A program made the translations under genes and the position numbers. From Candidatus Marinacidobacterium sp. (GTDB taxonomy: Bacteria > Acidobacteriota > Vicinamibacteria > Marinacidobacterales > Marinacidobacteraceae): a stretch of DNA of 64,000 nucleotides. Location: the NCBI GenBank assembly GCA_965220965.1, contig OZ244852.1:2016001-2080000 (forward strand). The letters are read 5' to 3'. This document shows positions 1 to 8,385 of this stretch, piece after piece. Within the stretch, counting starts at the first letter, position 1. Each line of letters opens with the position of its first letter. The notes under the pieces were generated by a model that did no database searches, was not told the DNA's origin, and worked only from the letters and a program-made list of their open reading frames with translations.

Positions 1-1
1 G

Positions 2-634
2 GAGGCCGGAATCAGCGTCTTCAAGGAGGCCTTCCGAATGGAGGAGGTGAGCGGCTTCTGCCTCTACCACGAGCAGTTCCCGGTCATCTACGTGAACAAC
101 TCCAAGCCCCCGACCCGCCAGATCTTCACCCTGTTCCACGAGTTGGGGCATGTGCTGTTCCAGACGAGCGGCGTGGACCCGGATCGTCGTCGCTTCGCCG
201 ATAGCTATCTGGAAAAGGAGGCGGAGACCGAACGGTCCCGCAACCGGTTCGCCGCGGACTGCCTGCTCCCGCCGAGGGTTCTGACGGCGGAGCTGCGTGG
301 AGCGTCGGCGACGAAGGAACTGGCCCTCGACCTGGCGCACCGCTTCCACGTGAGCCGGGAGCTCATGTTCCGGCGCTTCCTCGACCGGGGCCTCATCTCA
401 TCGCGCGAGTACGAGGCCGCCGTGGACGAATGGACCCCGAAGGCGAAGCGGCGCGGCTCCGGAGGGAACTGGTACGGGACGCGTCTCGCCTACCTCGGAG
501 TCCCGTACGTGCGGCTCGTGTTCTCCCGACTACGTCAGGGAGAAATCGATGAGTCCGCCGCCGCCGACCATCTGCTGATCGCGCCGAAGAACCTGGCCGA
601 CCTGGAACATCGGCTTCTGGCCCGGCGGCTGTGA
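2..634 (+). CDS. ImmA/IrrE-family metallo-endopeptidase (5' end outside window)
   Basis: Frame open from position 2 (EAGISVFKEAFRMEEVSGFCL...). RQIFTLFHELGH HExxH zinc motif followed by NRFAA..LLP, typical of Peptidase_M78 in XRE-ImmA fusions. Confidence 0.85.
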   Translation, partial: EAGISVFKEAFRMEEVSGFCLYHEQFPVIYVNNSKPPTRQIFTLFHELGHVLFQTSGVDPDRRRFADSYLEKEAETERSRNRFAADCLLPPRVLTAELRGASATKELALDLAHRFHVSRELMFRRFLDRGLISSREYEAAVDEWTPKAKRRGSGGNWYGTRLAYLGVPYVRLVFSRLRQGEIDESAAADHLLIAPKNLADLEHRLLARRL

Positions 635-657
635 CCTGCGGCAGATGCGCGTAATCG

Positions 658-1023
658 TCAAGCCGTGTAGAGGACGCGCGCGGATCCCAGGATCGCGCTG
701 CGGCGAATGAAGTTGCGGCTGTGTTCGATGGCGGCGCGGTGCACCAGGTCGACCCTGTGGCCGAACAGATCGGCCAGCTCGCGCTCCATATCGACGACGC
801 CGAAGAGGCCGGGAGTCCGCTTCGACCTGAACCGAACCAGGATGTCGATATCGCTGTCCGGCCCGAAGTCGTCGCGCAGCACGGATCCGAACAGCGCCAG
901 CTCCTTCACCTGCCAGCGTTCGCAGAACTCCGCGATGGCGCTCATAGGGGCGCCGATTCGGGCGAGGAGCCTCGCTCGCTCCGCAGCGTCTTGAGGCACG
1001 TTCGGAATCGGGCCCTCGGTCAC
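658..1023 (-). CDS. Minimal nucleotidyltransferase (MNT/MntA-type antitoxin)
   Basis: LALFGSVLRDDFGPDSDIDILV (GSX10DXD) and RVDLV. Start uncertain: GTG 1023 or ATG 945; the ORF track extends it to 1128. Confidence 0.85.
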   Translation of the reverse strand: MTEGPIPNVPQDAAERARLLARIGAPMSAIAEFCERWQVKELALFGSVLRDDFGPDSDIDILVRFRSKRTPGLFGVVDMERELADLFGHRVDLVHRAAIEHSRNFIRRSAILGSARVLYTA

Positions 1024-1149
1024 AACACTTCCGCGATCTCCCGAAGCCAGAGTCTCTCTGCGCCCGGGCCGGTCGATCGTCGCGCTGGCCGCCATCCGGA
1101 CTTCAGCCGCCAGCGGGCCGCCGCCCACAGTGCGACGCGTAGGGTCGCC

Positions 1150-2367
1150 TCACTCGCCCGGCGTGCGCGCGAGCAGCCGAACCGTGAACCGGTCGTCCTG
1201 CTCGATCAGGTCCGGCTCCGCGCCGTTGTGCGCCCTCATGCTCTGGATGATCTTCCGTCGGATCCCCATGCCCCTGTGGTCCACGTACCTGTAGTCGCCC
1301 ATCACGTCCTTCAGGAGCTGGTTTCGGGTGGAGCGAGCTCCGAGGCGCATGCCTTCGGGCGTTACGCGGTTGGGCGGCCGGCCCGGGGACACGACCTCCA
1401 GTCGGTCGCTGTAGACCGCCAATTCGATGTCCATGCTGGTGATCAAGTAGTCGCGGTGGATGAGAGCGTTGACGATGGCCTCGCGCAGCGCCTCCCGCGG
1501 ATAGGCCGGCCGCCTCACGCGCCTCCCACCTTGCGCCTCGACGACGACGCGGGTGTTGCGCTGCACGAAGGCCAGAGCCTGCTCGACGATCCCATTCTCC
1601 AAGAGCTCACCGGTTTCGCTCAGCAGAGGCGTCATGGGACCGCGAAGCGGCGCCCGCTCCTGCTCGTCGCAGGCCTTGTCCTTGCCGCAGTAGGCCACGG
1701 CGCTAATCCCCGCGTGCGGCAGGAACCGGTTCGGCGTGGAACCGAACAACAACATGCCGCCGACCGATACGCCCTCCTTCGTCATGAGCGCCGTGGCTGT
1801 GAGAAGTAGCCGCCAAGCCTCTTCATCGCCGTAGTCTGGCGCATCCTGCTGCCGGATGACCTCGACGTAGTTCCGGAGCCGCCTCCGGTCGAGGTCCGCG
1901 ACGGCGGCGCCCGACACCGGTCGGCGTTCGGCTCGCATGGACCCTCGCTGCTGGAAGAGAGGCGCGAGCTCCTCCGGGTCTGCCTCCCGACTCCGTGAGC
2001 CAGCGCGGATCAGATACCGATTGGCGCCGTGGCCCCGGAGCGCGTGCACGCCGTAGCCGCGGGTGACGCGGACGATGGCGATATCGCGATCGTCCTTGAC
2101 ACCGCGTACGACTTCGAAGAACGGAACAACCGGCGGCCGGATGTGGTCGCGGCAGACGTTCATCACCCAATCTCTAAGGTCATCGCCCGTCAGGCCCGAG
2201 ACCGTTCCGTCGTCCTCCACGCCGAGCAACACCATTCCGCCTTGGAGGTTCGAGAAGGCGACCAGCTCCTTCGCGAGATCTTCGGGACGCCGATGGTCTC
2301 TCTGGAATTCCACGCCGGAGTTCTCGCCATTCGCCATGCGCTCCGGCAATTCACTGCGCGTGGTCAT
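1150..2367 (-). CDS. AlbA_2 (Schlafen-like) domain protein with RecG-C-terminal-like HATPase_c_4 domain
   Basis: N-terminal GENSGVEF..D, LAKELVAFSN..GG..LLGVEDDG. C-terminal ALREAIVNALIHRDY, DRLEVVSPG, RN and GMGI motifs. Confidence 0.85.
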   Translation of the reverse strand: MTTRSELPERMANGENSGVEFQRDHRRPEDLAKELVAFSNLQGGMVLLGVEDDGTVSGLTGDDLRDWVMNVCRDHIRPPVVPFFEVVRGVKDDRDIAIVRVTRGYGVHALRGHGANRYLIRAGSRSREADPEELAPLFQQRGSMRAERRPVSGAAVADLDRRRLRNYVEVIRQQDAPDYGDEEAWRLLLTATALMTKEGVSVGGMLLFGSTPNRFLPHAGISAVAYCGKDKACDEQERAPLRGPMTPLLSETGELLENGIVEQALAFVQRNTRVVVEAQGGRRVRRPAYPREALREAIVNALIHRDYLITSMDIELAVYSDRLEVVSPGRPPNRVTPEGMRLGARSTRNQLLKDVMGDYRYVDHRGMGIRRKIIQSMRAHNGAEPDLIEQDDRFTVRLLARTPGE

Positions 2368-2515
2368 GCCTGAGAACCCCTACCTGGAACGGCGCATCGC
2401 GAGGGCCTGGCCCCCTTCGGGCATTTGCTCGACCATGGTTCGCCGCCTCCCCCTCCCTGGTCGAGACGCGTTACCGGCGTGAAGCCCGGCTCGGCGCCGG
2501 GCCGCCGCCCGAAGC

Positions 2516-3451
2516 CTATCCGGAGCGCGCCGCCGTGAAGGTGTCCACGCAGGCCCGGTAGTTGCGGGCGATCGTGGAGATCGCGGTCTTCGCGTCGAGG
2601 TCGCCTGCCAGATAGCCGGCGAGGGGCGCCTTGAAGTTGGTGCGTCCCACGGCGAACCCGATGAAGCCCTCCACCGGGGCGGCGACCCTGAGCCAGGCGT
2701 GGACCTGCTCGGCGTCGGAGCCCCGGCCGAGCACGATCGCGCCGACCCGCTGACGGTGGTCGCCCCTTCGGCAGGCCTCCACCACGCGGGCGGCGTCCCT
2801 TGGGGTGTCCACGCCCTCGATCTTCCAGATGTCGGGTTCGATGCCGAAGTCCTGGATCTGGTGGATCGCGCGGACCATGTGGCCGGGCCGGAGCTCGCGG
2901 TCGTAGGCGTCGCCCGCCTCCTTGTCCTCGTCGGTGGTCGCCGGAACCAGGAGCTCGAACATGAAGAGGCGGCGGTCGGGTCCGTGGAGGTACTCGGAGA
3001 CCAGCTTCAGCCGGGTGAGCTGCTCGGCCGTGGAGGCGACCGGGTCGTCCGGATGGAGACGCACGAGGACCTTCACGATGTCCGGGCGGTGGAAGCGGAT
3101 GTGGTTCACCCAGCCGGGCCCGTACTCGAAGTCGAACACCGGCTGCCCGCTCCGCTCGATGCAGACCGCGCGCGGGATCCCCTGGGCGGCGGCGTCGGCG
3201 AGCACCTGGCTCCCGAACTGGGCGTCCACCAGCACCCCCACCCGCTCCTTCGGCACGCCGCCCTCGATGGCCTCGAGCAGACCCTGGTAGATCAGCGTCT
3301 TCGCCCCCGACACGGCGGCGAAATCGTCCCTCCCGGGGAGGATCCGGGGCTGGCCGCTGAAGCCGAAGAACGACTTCGTGAAGCTCCCCCGGTGGTCGAA
3401 GGGCTGGATGAAGAGAGGCTGGTCGTAGCCGATTCCGGTGTCTGTTCGCAT
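2516..3451 (-). CDS. DUF2090 / IolC-associated class I aldolase-like protein (stand-alone)
   Basis: PFDHRGSF, FMFELLVP, PDIWKIEG, VLGRG and GFAVGRT motifs of the LacD-like TIM-barrel DUF2090 domain. Confidence 0.8.
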   Translation of the reverse strand: MRTDTGIGYDQPLFIQPFDHRGSFTKSFFGFSGQPRILPGRDDFAAVSGAKTLIYQGLLEAIEGGVPKERVGVLVDAQFGSQVLADAAAQGIPRAVCIERSGQPVFDFEYGPGWVNHIRFHRPDIVKVLVRLHPDDPVASTAEQLTRLKLVSEYLHGPDRRLFMFELLVPATTDEDKEAGDAYDRELRPGHMVRAIHQIQDFGIEPDIWKIEGVDTPRDAARVVEACRRGDHRQRVGAIVLGRGSDAEQVHAWLRVAAPVEGFIGFAVGRTNFKAPLAGYLAGDLDAKTAISTIARNYRACVDTFTAARSG

Positions 3452-3489
3452 GGGACGCGTGGCGGATTCTATGGGGAGCCTTGGCCGCG

Positions 3490-4107
3490 TCAGCGGATCG
3501 ATTCGCCCTGTTCGGCGAGGTAGGCGCGGGAGTCCTCGGCGCTCATCAGCGGGACCACCTTGTCGGGATCCACCCGCACCATGATGTAGTGGACCTCGTC
3601 CTCGATCTTGACGAACTGGTGGCCGGTCCCGGCGGGGATCACGAGCACGTCACCCTTCTCGACATCGTGAACCGTGCCGTTTCTGACATCGGCGGCGTTG
3701 TGTCCCGGGCCGTTCAGGAACCGCACCGCCCGGTAGTCGGGCGGCCGCGGCTGCGCGTCGATCAGGTCGGGCCCGGTGAGGATCGAGGCGGCGCCGTCCA
3801 CGACGACGTAGACCTCGGTGACGAGGCTGTGCTCGGCGACCGACTGCGGCCGGGGCTCGTCGAGCCGCCCGCGGCGCAGATAGGCCACCTGCACGTTGGA
3901 CCGGCCGATGTCGATCGAGCGGACCTGCTGGTCGGTCACCTCGATCGCCTCGGCGACGCGGCGGTAGGCGGCGATCTCCTCCTTCGAGACGAAGTCGGCC
4001 TCGCACATGTGGCAACTCGGCTCGGGGTTCAGGTCGGGGGCCTGGGCGAAGAGCATCCCGCCGCCGAACGCGGCGGCGATCAACGCAAAGAGAGCGACGA
4101 TGCGCAT
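3490..4107 (-). CDS. Exported cupin-domain protein
   Basis: AGGAGG upstream of ATG 4107. Signal peptide MRIVALFALIAAAFGGGMLFA. Cupin motifs EHSLVTEVYVVVDG and GDVLVIPAGTGHQF. Confidence 0.8.
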   Translation of the reverse strand: MRIVALFALIAAAFGGGMLFAQAPDLNPEPSCHMCEADFVSKEEIAAYRRVAEAIEVTDQQVRSIDIGRSNVQVAYLRRGRLDEPRPQSVAEHSLVTEVYVVVDGAASILTGPDLIDAQPRPPDYRAVRFLNGPGHNAADVRNGTVHDVEKGDVLVIPAGTGHQFVKIEDEVHYIMVRVDPDKVVPLMSAEDSRAYLAEQGESIR

Positions 4108-4163
4108 GGTGGGTCCTCCTCGAGGGAAGCGTCGGCGCGGAGCGGAATCAGACAAAAGGGTCG

Positions 4164-5723
4164 TCAGGCCGGCTCGTCTGCCGCGCCGGTGTCGGAAGCT
4201 GCGGATTCTGGCGGATTGGCGGGGCGGGCGGCCTCCACGAGGGCGGCGACCCGCTCGACGGTCTCCTCAAGCGTCAGCTCGCTGGTGTCGACCCGGTGGG
4301 CGTCGTCGGCCCGCCGCAGGGGAGCGACCACCCGGCCGGAGTCGTTCCGGTCGCGCATGTCGAGTTCCGACGCCACCGTCTCGACCGCCCGGCCGCCCTC
4401 GTCGGAGGAACGCCGGCGCGCGCGGACTTCGGGACGGGCGTCGAGGAACACCTTGACCGGGGCGCGGGGGAACACGACGGTGCCGATGTCCCGGCCCTCG
4501 ACGACCCCGCCGCCGGCGGCCGCCTGCCGCCAGCGCTCCGCGAGGACCTCGCGCAGCTCGGGGTGGACCGCGACTCTCGAGGCGCCCTGGGACACCTCGG
4601 GCGACCGCACCGCGGTCGAGACGTCCTCGCCGTCGAGGAACACCCGTCCCTCCGGGTCGAGGACGACCCGGAACGCGAGCGGGCGCAGCTCCTCCCCGGC
4701 GTCGAGGTCGACGCCGTGGCGCATCGCGGCGAGCGCCACCGCCCGCACCGAGGCCCCGGTGTTGAAGTAGCTCAGTCCGCAGCGGGCGGCCACCCCCCTC
4801 GCGAGCGTGGTCTTTCCGGAGCCCGCGGGGCCATCGATGGCGACGATGAACGGTTCCGGGACCGCATCGCGGTCCGGGTCCGGACGCTCCGCCGCCCCGC
4901 CGTCCGCGTCCCCACCGTCCGCATCCCGGCGGCTCGCCCGCGACGGCTTCCGGCGGGCGGCGGGCCGGTCGCCGGTCCCGTCGCCCACCAGCCGGCGGAG
5001 TTCCTCGACCTCGCCGACCTTGAGCTTCCGCCACCGGCCCGGCGTCAGCCCGGCGTCCACCAGGTTCCCGATCCGGGTCCGGTGGAGTTCCAGCACCGGG
5101 TGGCCGAGCACGCTCAGCACGCGGCGGATCTCGCGGTTCCGGCCGCCGCGGAGAACGATCCGCAGCCGCGCCCGGCGACGCCCCTCGGACTTGTGCGGGA
5201 AGCGGGCCATCACCTCGACCTGGTCGAGCCGCAGTCGCTGGCGGTCCACCCGGATCCCCCGGCGCGCCCGGTCGAGCACCGCTTCGTCGGGCAGGCCGCG
5301 GACCGTCGCGTAGTAGGTCTTGGGAAGCCGGAACTTCGGGTGCGTCACCCGGAAGGCGAGATCGCCGTCGTCGGTCAGCAGGATGAGGCCGGAACTGGCG
5401 CCGTCCAGCCGACCCACCGGCGCGAGCGAGCGGAAGGACTCCGGCAGGAGATCCATCACGGTGGGGCGCCGACCCGGATCGGAGCGGGTGGTGAGGCTGC
5501 CGGTTGGCTTGTTCAGCACCACGTAGCGGCGCGGCCGTTTGCGCGCGCGGAGGCGGGCGCCGTCCACCCGGATGTCCTGGATCGCCGGGTCGGCGATCAC
5601 TCCCGGGGTCCGGATCACCTCGCCGTCGAGCGTGACCCGGCCCTCGGCGATCAGCGCCTCGGCGCGCCGGCGGGAGGCGATGCCCGCCGCCGCGATCAGC
5701 TTCTGGAGGCGTTCGGCGGGCAT
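4164..5723 (-). CDS. rluB-cmk: Fusion of 23S rRNA pseudouridine synthase (RluB/RsuA family, with S4 domain) and cytidylate kinase (Cmk)
   Basis: ERLQKLIAAAGIASRR (S4), LNKP, PVGRLD catalytic Asp, GRNREIRR. After a linker: IAIDGPAGSGKTT, VEGRDIGTVVFP, RDRNDSGR. One uninterrupted frame. Confidence 0.9.
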   Translation of the reverse strand: MPAERLQKLIAAAGIASRRRAEALIAEGRVTLDGEVIRTPGVIADPAIQDIRVDGARLRARKRPRRYVVLNKPTGSLTTRSDPGRRPTVMDLLPESFRSLAPVGRLDGASSGLILLTDDGDLAFRVTHPKFRLPKTYYATVRGLPDEAVLDRARRGIRVDRQRLRLDQVEVMARFPHKSEGRRRARLRIVLRGGRNREIRRVLSVLGHPVLELHRTRIGNLVDAGLTPGRWRKLKVGEVEELRRLVGDGTGDRPAARRKPSRASRRDADGGDADGGAAERPDPDRDAVPEPFIVAIDGPAGSGKTTLARGVAARCGLSYFNTGASVRAVALAAMRHGVDLDAGEELRPLAFRVVLDPEGRVFLDGEDVSTAVRSPEVSQGASRVAVHPELREVLAERWRQAAAGGGVVEGRDIGTVVFPRAPVKVFLDARPEVRARRRSSDEGGRAVETVASELDMRDRNDSGRVVAPLRRADDAHRVDTSELTLEETVERVAALVEAARPANPPESAASDTGAADEPA

Positions 5724-5727
5724 GGGG

Positions 5728-6414
5728 TCACTCCGGTTCGGCGCCGGGGGCCGGACCGGGACCCTCGGGGGTCTGGGTTTCCCCGGGGTCCGTCGCGCCC
5801 GGCTCCGCCGCGCCCGGGTCTGGCGCGCCCGGGTCTTCGAGCTCCGCCAGCTTCGGCAGGTCCTCGATCCGGTCGAGGCCGAAGCGCACGAGGAAGTCGC
5901 GGGTGGTGCCGTAGAGCAGCGGGCGGCCCACCACCGGTCGGCGGCCGCGCGACTTGATGAGCCGTTGGCGCAGCAGCGTCGTGACGACGCTCTGGGAGTT
6001 GACGCCCCGCACCTCGTTCAGCTCGGGGACGGTGAGCGGCTGCCGGTAGGCGATCACCGACAGCGCCTCGACCGCCGCCTCGGAGAGAACCTCCTTGCGG
6101 CGGGGGGCGACGAGCCGCTCGATCGGGGCGCGCCACGCCTCCCGGGTGGTGAGCTGGAGCCCGCCGGCGATCCGGGCGAGCGTCAGACCGGAACCACGCT
6201 CCCCGAGCCGCGCCTCGAGGACCTCCGCCGCCTCCTGGACGGCGCCCGGCTCGACATCGAGCGCCTCCGCCAGCTTGGCCGCCGCGACCGGCGCGCCATG
6301 CGAGAAGAGAAGCGCCTCGAGACCCGCGGCCAGATCCTCGCTGGTGGTCCCGTCGGGTGAGGATCCTCCCTCCACCGGCCCGTCCGGCGGCCCGGACGGC
6401 GTCTCTTCGCTCAC
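5728..6414 (-). CDS. scpB: SMC-Scp complex subunit ScpB
   Basis: LEALLF, LSEAAVEALSVIAYRQPLT..E...RGV, GRPLLYGTTRDFL..FGL..IEDLP. GTG 6414 overlaps the scpA stop (GTGA). Confidence 0.92.
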   Translation of the reverse strand: MSEETPSGPPDGPVEGGSSPDGTTSEDLAAGLEALLFSHGAPVAAAKLAEALDVEPGAVQEAAEVLEARLGERGSGLTLARIAGGLQLTTREAWRAPIERLVAPRRKEVLSEAAVEALSVIAYRQPLTVPELNEVRGVNSQSVVTTLLRQRLIKSRGRRPVVGRPLLYGTTRDFLVRFGLDRIEDLPKLAELEDPGAPDPGAAEPGATDPGETQTPEGPGPAPGAEPE

Positions 6415-7265
6415 TCGTCCGGCGGCGGCGGAGCCAGCCCGCCGATCCGGATCGCCCCGAAATCCTGCTCCTGGGTGAGGGACACGCGGCGGCGCCGGGC
6501 CAGTTCGAGAAGCGCCAGGAACGCCGCGATCAGAACGGGGCGGTGGACGTTCCCGGCGAGGTCGGCGCCGATCAGCTCGAAGAGCAGGTCCTCGAAGTCG
6601 CGGCTGGTCCCGGGCGGCAGCGCGGTCTCGAAGCGTCGGATCAGCTCCTCGACCGAGACCTGCGGACGGGGCAGTGGCGGGGACGGCCGGGCGCGGGCGC
6701 GGGCCACGACCCGGCGGAAGGCCTCCACGACGGCGAAGAGGTCCACGTCCCCGCCAGCGAGGAACTCCTGCGCTCCGGCGACGCCAGTGAGCGAGGAGCC
6801 GTTCGCCGAGGGCGCGGACGGCGGGCGGGACCACACCGCGCGGCGCTCCTCGAGGTTCCGGCGCAGCTTCCGGGCGGCGTCGCGGTAGCGGGAATAGTCG
6901 GCGAGGCGCGCCTCGAGCTCGGCGAGCGCGTCACCCCCGGCGCCCTCGGCGGAGAGCCGCGGCCGGGGGAGCAGCCGGTGGGCCTTGATCCGCAGCAGCG
7001 CGGTGGCCAGCTTCAGGAACTCGGAGCCCACCTCGAGGTCCAGCATTTCCATGACCTCGAGCGCATCGAGGTACTGGCGCGTGAGCCGGGAGATCTCGAT
7101 CCGCAGCGGATCGGCCCGCCCATCGCGGACCATCCGCAGCAGGAGCTCGAGCGGACCGTCGAAGCCCTGATCGGTCCCGCTCCCCGGATCCAGACGGACG
7201 TGGTACGCCGCCTCCGGGACGGCGTCTCCGGCTTCGGAGTCCGCCCGGTAGAGGGTGGGGCTCAT
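6411..7265 (-). CDS. scpA: Segregation and condensation protein A (kleisin)
   Basis: FDGPLELLL, QYL, EFL..ATALLRIKA..LLP and FLALLEL...QEQDFGAI. ATG 7265 follows a GAGGAGG site. Confidence 0.9.
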   Translation of the reverse strand: MSPTLYRADSEAGDAVPEAAYHVRLDPGSGTDQGFDGPLELLLRMVRDGRADPLRIEISRLTRQYLDALEVMEMLDLEVGSEFLKLATALLRIKAHRLLPRPRLSAEGAGGDALAELEARLADYSRYRDAARKLRRNLEERRAVWSRPPSAPSANGSSLTGVAGAQEFLAGGDVDLFAVVEAFRRVVARARARPSPPLPRPQVSVEELIRRFETALPPGTSRDFEDLLFELIGADLAGNVHRPVLIAAFLALLELARRRRVSLTQEQDFGAIRIGGLAPPPPDE

Positions 7266-7282
7266 GCGCGCCGCCCTCCTCC

Positions 7283-8371
7283 TCAGTCGGCGCGCGAGGA
7301 AGCGGGACGAAGGGGCGGAGCGTCCCCGAGGTCGCCGGCGCCGGGAAGCCGCACTGCCGCGCGCACCCGCTCCATCGTGGCGCCGGCGGCCTCCGCCGCG
7401 ACCCGGCGGCCCTCGGCGAGAACGTCGCGGACATCGTCGGGATGCTTCTCGTACTCCCTTCGGCGCTCGGCGATCGGCCCGATCTCCGCCGTCAGGTGGT
7501 CGGCGAGCGCGGTCTTGCACTGGATGCAGCCGATTTCGGCGCTGCGGCAGCCGGCGGCGGCCCACTCGCGGGTCGGCTCGTCGGAGAAGATGCGGTGCAG
7601 GTCGAAGACCGGGCACTTCGCCGGATCGCCGGGGTCGCGGAGCCGCTTCCGCGCCGGATCGGTCTGCATCGTCTTGAGCTTCGACCGGATGTCCTTCTCG
7701 TCCTCGGCGATCCCGATGGTGTTCCCGAAGCTCTTGGACATCTTGCGGCCGTCGGTCCCGGGAAGCCGGGGCGAGGCGGTGAGCCGGACCGCGGGCTCGC
7801 TGAGCACCGGGCCGAAGATCCCGTTGAACCGGCGGGCGATCTCGCGGGTCAGCTCGACGTGCGGACTCTGGTCCTCGCCCACCGGCACGACGGCGGCGTC
7901 GTAGATCAGGATGTCCGCCGCCTGGAGGACCGGATACCCGAGGAAGCCGTAGGTGTGCAGGTCGCGCTCGCGCAGCTCGCGGATGAGGTCCTTGTAGGTC
8001 GGGACGCGCTCCAGCCAGCCGAGAGGGACCACCATCGAGAGCAGGAGATGGAGTTCGGCGTGCTCGCGCACCTGGGACTGGACGAAGAGGGTGCAGCGCG
8101 CCGGGTCGAGCCCCACCGCCAGCCAGTCGGTGGCGATGTCGAGGGTGTTCCGCCGCAGTTCGCTGGTGTCCCGGTAGTCGGTGGTGAGCGCGTGCCAGTC
8201 CACGACGCAGTAGAAGGCGTCGAACTCGTCCTGCATCGCCACCCAGTTGCGGTAGGCGCCGACGAGGTGCCCGAGGTGGGAGGACCCGGTGGGCCGCATC
8301 CCGGAGAGAAGCCGGTCGCGCTGCTCCCGGGGCGGGGCCTCGCCGGCGACGGTGGATTTGGGGTCGGGCAT
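7283..8371 (-). CDS. trpS: Tryptophan--tRNA ligase
   Basis: SGMRPTG..HLGH (HIGH motif), YPVLQAADIL, VPVGEDQ and KMSKS. Confidence 0.96.
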   Translation of the reverse strand: MPDPKSTVAGEAPPREQRDRLLSGMRPTGSSHLGHLVGAYRNWVAMQDEFDAFYCVVDWHALTTDYRDTSELRRNTLDIATDWLAVGLDPARCTLFVQSQVREHAELHLLLSMVVPLGWLERVPTYKDLIRELRERDLHTYGFLGYPVLQAADILIYDAAVVPVGEDQSPHVELTREIARRFNGIFGPVLSEPAVRLTASPRLPGTDGRKMSKSFGNTIGIAEDEKDIRSKLKTMQTDPARKRLRDPGDPAKCPVFDLHRIFSDEPTREWAAAGCRSAEIGCIQCKTALADHLTAEIGPIAERRREYEKHPDDVRDVLAEGRRVAAEAAGATMERVRAAVRLPGAGDLGDAPPLRPASSRAD

Positions 8372-8385
8372 GAAGCGCCGCGATT

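Noticed and set aside
2380-2436. 18-aa minus-strand ORF (MVEQMPEGGQALAMRRSR) with a strong SD upstream of the AlbA_2 gene
   Set aside because: Too short and has no motif; it could be a remnant or chance and cannot be supported.
3995-4015. c-type heme motif in the cupin
   Set aside because: The sequence is CHMCE, not CxxCH.
5740-5840. Degenerate 15-bp repeats at the scpB 3' end (DPGAP/DPGAA/EPGAT/DPGET)
   Set aside because: Low-complexity coding tail, not a CRISPR or mobile repeat.
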